From contig JBAYBM010000001.1 in the NCBI GenBank assembly GCA_041669265.1, positions 73,819-137,818 of the forward strand: 64,000 nucleotides of DNA. The letters are read 5' to 3'. The translations under genes were made by a program, and so were the position numbers. Under the pieces are notes generated by a model. It ran no database searches. It saw only the letters and a list, made by a program, of their open reading frames with translations, and was not told where the DNA came from. Within the stretch, counting starts at the first letter, position 1, and the number at the start of each line of letters is the position of its first letter. This document shows positions 61,924-64,000 of this stretch, piece by piece. The DNA is from Bacilli bacterium. Lineage in GTDB: Bacteria > Bacillota_I > Bacilli_A > RFN20 > CAG-826.

Positions 61924-63120
61924 ATGAAAAATTTTATATTTGTATCACCTAATTTTCCAGAAACTTACTGGAGATTTTGTTTAGCCTTAAAAAATAGAGG
62001 CTTTAATGTTTTAGGTATTGGAGATGCTCCATATAATGAAATTCCTGAAGGTTGTAAATTCTCATTAACTGAATATTATTGCTGTCCAAATATGGATAAT
62101 TATGAAAATGAGAAAAGAGCTGTTCAATATTTCATAGATAAATATGGACCTATTGATTTTATTGAATCTAATAACGAGTTTTGGCTTGAAAAGGACGCTC
62201 ATTTAAGGAGCGATTTTAATATTCCAAATGGAATTAGATTTGAAGAGATTAATAAGTTTAAATTAAAAAGCGAAGAGAAAAAATATTACGAAGAAGCTGG
62301 TTGTAAAGTTGCTAGATATTGTTTAGCAAATAGTTTAAATGATGTTTTAAAACTTGGAAAAGAATGTGGATATCCACTTTTTGCCAAACCAAATAATGGT
62401 GTTGGTGCCCAAGGTACTTATAAAATAGAAAACGAAAATGATGTTAAAAAATTCTTTAGCGAAAAACCAAAAGGTGTTGAATATATTGTTGAAGAATATG
62501 TAAATGGTTGCATCGTAAGTTTTGATGGCGTTAGTAATTCAAAAGGTGATGTTATTTTTGAAGCAAGTAATGTTTTTACTCCTTCATGTGCTGACATTGT
62601 TAAATTGAATCTTGATGATATGTATTATTGTTTGCCAAAAGTTCCAGATGATTTACATAAAATTGGAACAAAAGTAATTAAGGCATTTAATGTTCAAAAT
62701 AGATTTTTCCATTGTGAATATTTCAGATTACTTGAAGATCATCCATATTTAGGTAAAAAAGGTAGCATTGTTGCTCTTGAAGCAAATATGAGACCAGCTG
62801 GTGGTTATACTCCGGATTTAATTGATTTTGCAAATTCTATTAGTGTCTATGATGTTTATGCAGATAGTATTGCATATGATGAAAATAGGGAAGATTTAAC
62901 AAAAGAAAAATTCTATGCTATTACTTCTTCAAGAAGAAACGCAATTAAATATACCCATTCTCCAGATGATATTTTTGAAAAGTATAGAAATGATATTTGT
63001 ATGTATGGAAATTATCCAAAAGCCATTAGTGATGATATGGGTGATTATTATTTCTTTGCTAAATTTAAAACTCTTAAAGAAGCACAAGATTTTGATGAAT
63101 TCGTACGTCAAAAGATATAG
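61924..63120 (+). CDS. ATP-grasp domain protein of unknown substrate
   Basis: 398 aa with a central ATP-grasp pattern (YPLFAKPNNGVGAQGTYKI ... YIVEEYVNG ... EANMRPAGG). The SD is GGGGGAG. Confidence 0.65.
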   Translation: MKNFIFVSPNFPETYWRFCLALKNRGFNVLGIGDAPYNEIPEGCKFSLTEYYCCPNMDNYENEKRAVQYFIDKYGPIDFIESNNEFWLEKDAHLRSDFNIPNGIRFEEINKFKLKSEEKKYYEEAGCKVARYCLANSLNDVLKLGKECGYPLFAKPNNGVGAQGTYKIENENDVKKFFSEKPKGVEYIVEEYVNGCIVSFDGVSNSKGDVIFEASNVFTPSCADIVKLNLDDMYYCLPKVPDDLHKIGTKVIKAFNVQNRFFHCEYFRLLEDHPYLGKKGSIVALEANMRPAGGYTPDLIDFANSISVYDVYADSIAYDENREDLTKEKFYAITSSRRNAIKYTHSPDDIFEKYRNDICMYGNYPKAISDDMGDYYFFAKFKTLKEAQDFDEFVRQKI

Positions 63121-63133
63121 ATATTGAGGTTTT

Positions 63134-63658
63134 ATGAAAGTAGAATTTAATACATTAAAGACTTCAAGTAAAGAATTTGAAGCGATAATTGAGATACCAA
63201 AAGGTAGTAAGAATAAATATGAATTTGATTCCAATACTGGTTTGATTTTTCTTGATAGAATTTTATATACATCAACCCATTATCCACATAACTATGGATT
63301 TATTCCAAACACTTTAGCCGAAGATGGAGACTCACTTGATGTATTAGTCATTTCAAGTGAAGTAATGCTTGCTCCAAGTTATGTAAAATGTAAACCAATT
63401 GGTGTTTTAAGAATGATTGATGGCGGTATTAAAGATTATAAAATTTTAGCTGTTCCTCTATCTGATCCTTTTTATAATATTTATAAAGATGTTAAAGAAT
63501 TACCTTTGCATATTAGTGATGAAATTATTCATTTCTTTAGAGTTTATAAAACTTTAGAGACTAATAAAGAGACAGTTATTATTGATATTGAAGGTCATGA
63601 AAAAGCTGAAAAAGTAATTGAAAATTGTATTATCGATTTTAAAAAGAGTAAGAAATAA
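63134..63658 (+). CDS. ppa: inorganic pyrophosphatase (family I)
   Basis: 174 aa with motifs EIPKGSKNKYEFD, YPHNYGFIPNT and DGDSLDVLV. Confidence 0.92.
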   Translation: MKVEFNTLKTSSKEFEAIIEIPKGSKNKYEFDSNTGLIFLDRILYTSTHYPHNYGFIPNTLAEDGDSLDVLVISSEVMLAPSYVKCKPIGVLRMIDGGIKDYKILAVPLSDPFYNIYKDVKELPLHISDEIIHFFRVYKTLETNKETVIIDIEGHEKAEKVIENCIIDFKKSKK

Positions 63659-63661
63659 ATC

Positions 63662-64000
63662 TTACTCTTTTTTCATGTCTATTGTTATTCTTGCTAATTT
63701 TTCTTTAGCTATTTTTAAATATATTTCATCGTGTCTTTTGTTATATAAATAATAAGCCCAATAATAGAAGAGTATATCTTCAAATTTAACGAAATCGTCG
63801 ACTCTTTTACGTTTTATTTGATTATATTTACAACCAAAATATTTGCTTAAAAAGAATTTAGTTTGTTCTTCGCTTAAATTATTTTCACTTACAAAGCTAG
63901 CTAAATCAAAGAATGGATTATTCATTGCGCCATATTCCCAATCAATAAAAACTACGCCATTAAATTTAAATAAAAGATTACCTTTTACTAAGTCGTTATG
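63662..64000 (-). CDS. choline/ethanolamine-kinase or APH-family phosphotransferase, C-terminal part (continues beyond the window end)
   Basis: The minus-strand frame is open to nt 64000. It reads HNDLVKGNLLFKFNGVVFIDWEYGAMNNPFFDLA, matching the Brenner motif HxDxxxxN and the IDWEY motif of this kinase fold. Confidence 0.75.
   Translation of the reverse strand, partial: HNDLVKGNLLFKFNGVVFIDWEYGAMNNPFFDLASFVSENNLSEEQTKFFLSKYFGCKYNQIKRKRVDDFVKFEDILFYYWAYYLYNKRHDEIYLKIAKEKLARITIDMKKE

Overview
About 30% GC, densely packed, mostly plus-strand window that reads as a core chromosomal region of a low-GC Firmicute or Mollicutes-like anaerobe. TGA is used as a stop, so the standard code applies. Lineage hints are a Mycoplasma-type L11 N-terminus (KPGPKLASAG), a lipobox on ATP synthase subunit b, and oxygen-detoxification genes typical of anaerobes.

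Gene order:
- 0-7.7 kb: pepT, dCMP deaminase, ecfA1-ecfA2-ecfT-truA, yebC, galU, GNAT.
- 7.7-15 kb: a SAM-riboswitch-like leader plus metK, hpf, a Cof-type HAD, two unknown genes, tRNA-Ser(GGA), a pseudouridine synthase, pgcA.
- 15-32 kb: a frameshifted HAD and trpS on the minus strand, then the conserved Bacillus-type block cysS-(mgtC)-rlmB-sigH-like-rpmG-secE-nusG-rplKAJL-methyltransferase-rpoB-rpoC.
- 32-39 kb: a less syntenic stretch with a small membrane protein, a PLP decarboxylase, tRNA-His, a lone hypB, an ECF-S-component/methyltransferase fusion, desulfoferrodoxin, an acetyltransferase, a four-domain flavodiiron protein and a MazG-like gene.
- 39-52 kb: a glycerol module (glpA-like, oxidoreductase, DUF1667-like, an alpha/beta hydrolase, glpK) joined without gaps to a compact addB-addA pair and two unknown genes.
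- 52-64 kb: a TGS-uridine-kinase-like gene, mscS overlapping a complete F1Fo atpIBEFHAGDC operon, an ATP-grasp protein, ppa and a partial choline/APH-type kinase.

I found no rRNA, CRISPR array, transposase, integrase or recognisable defence genes.

The most novel-looking items are the two unknown genes translationally coupled to addBA, and the lone hypB with the ECF-S/methyltransferase fusion. The remaining findings are modest: a putative Na+-type c-subunit site, a homopolymer frameshift, a candidate operator repeat, a degenerate SAM aptamer and recurrent TAATG gene junctions.

All calls come from reading the sequence and remembered family motifs. No database search was run.
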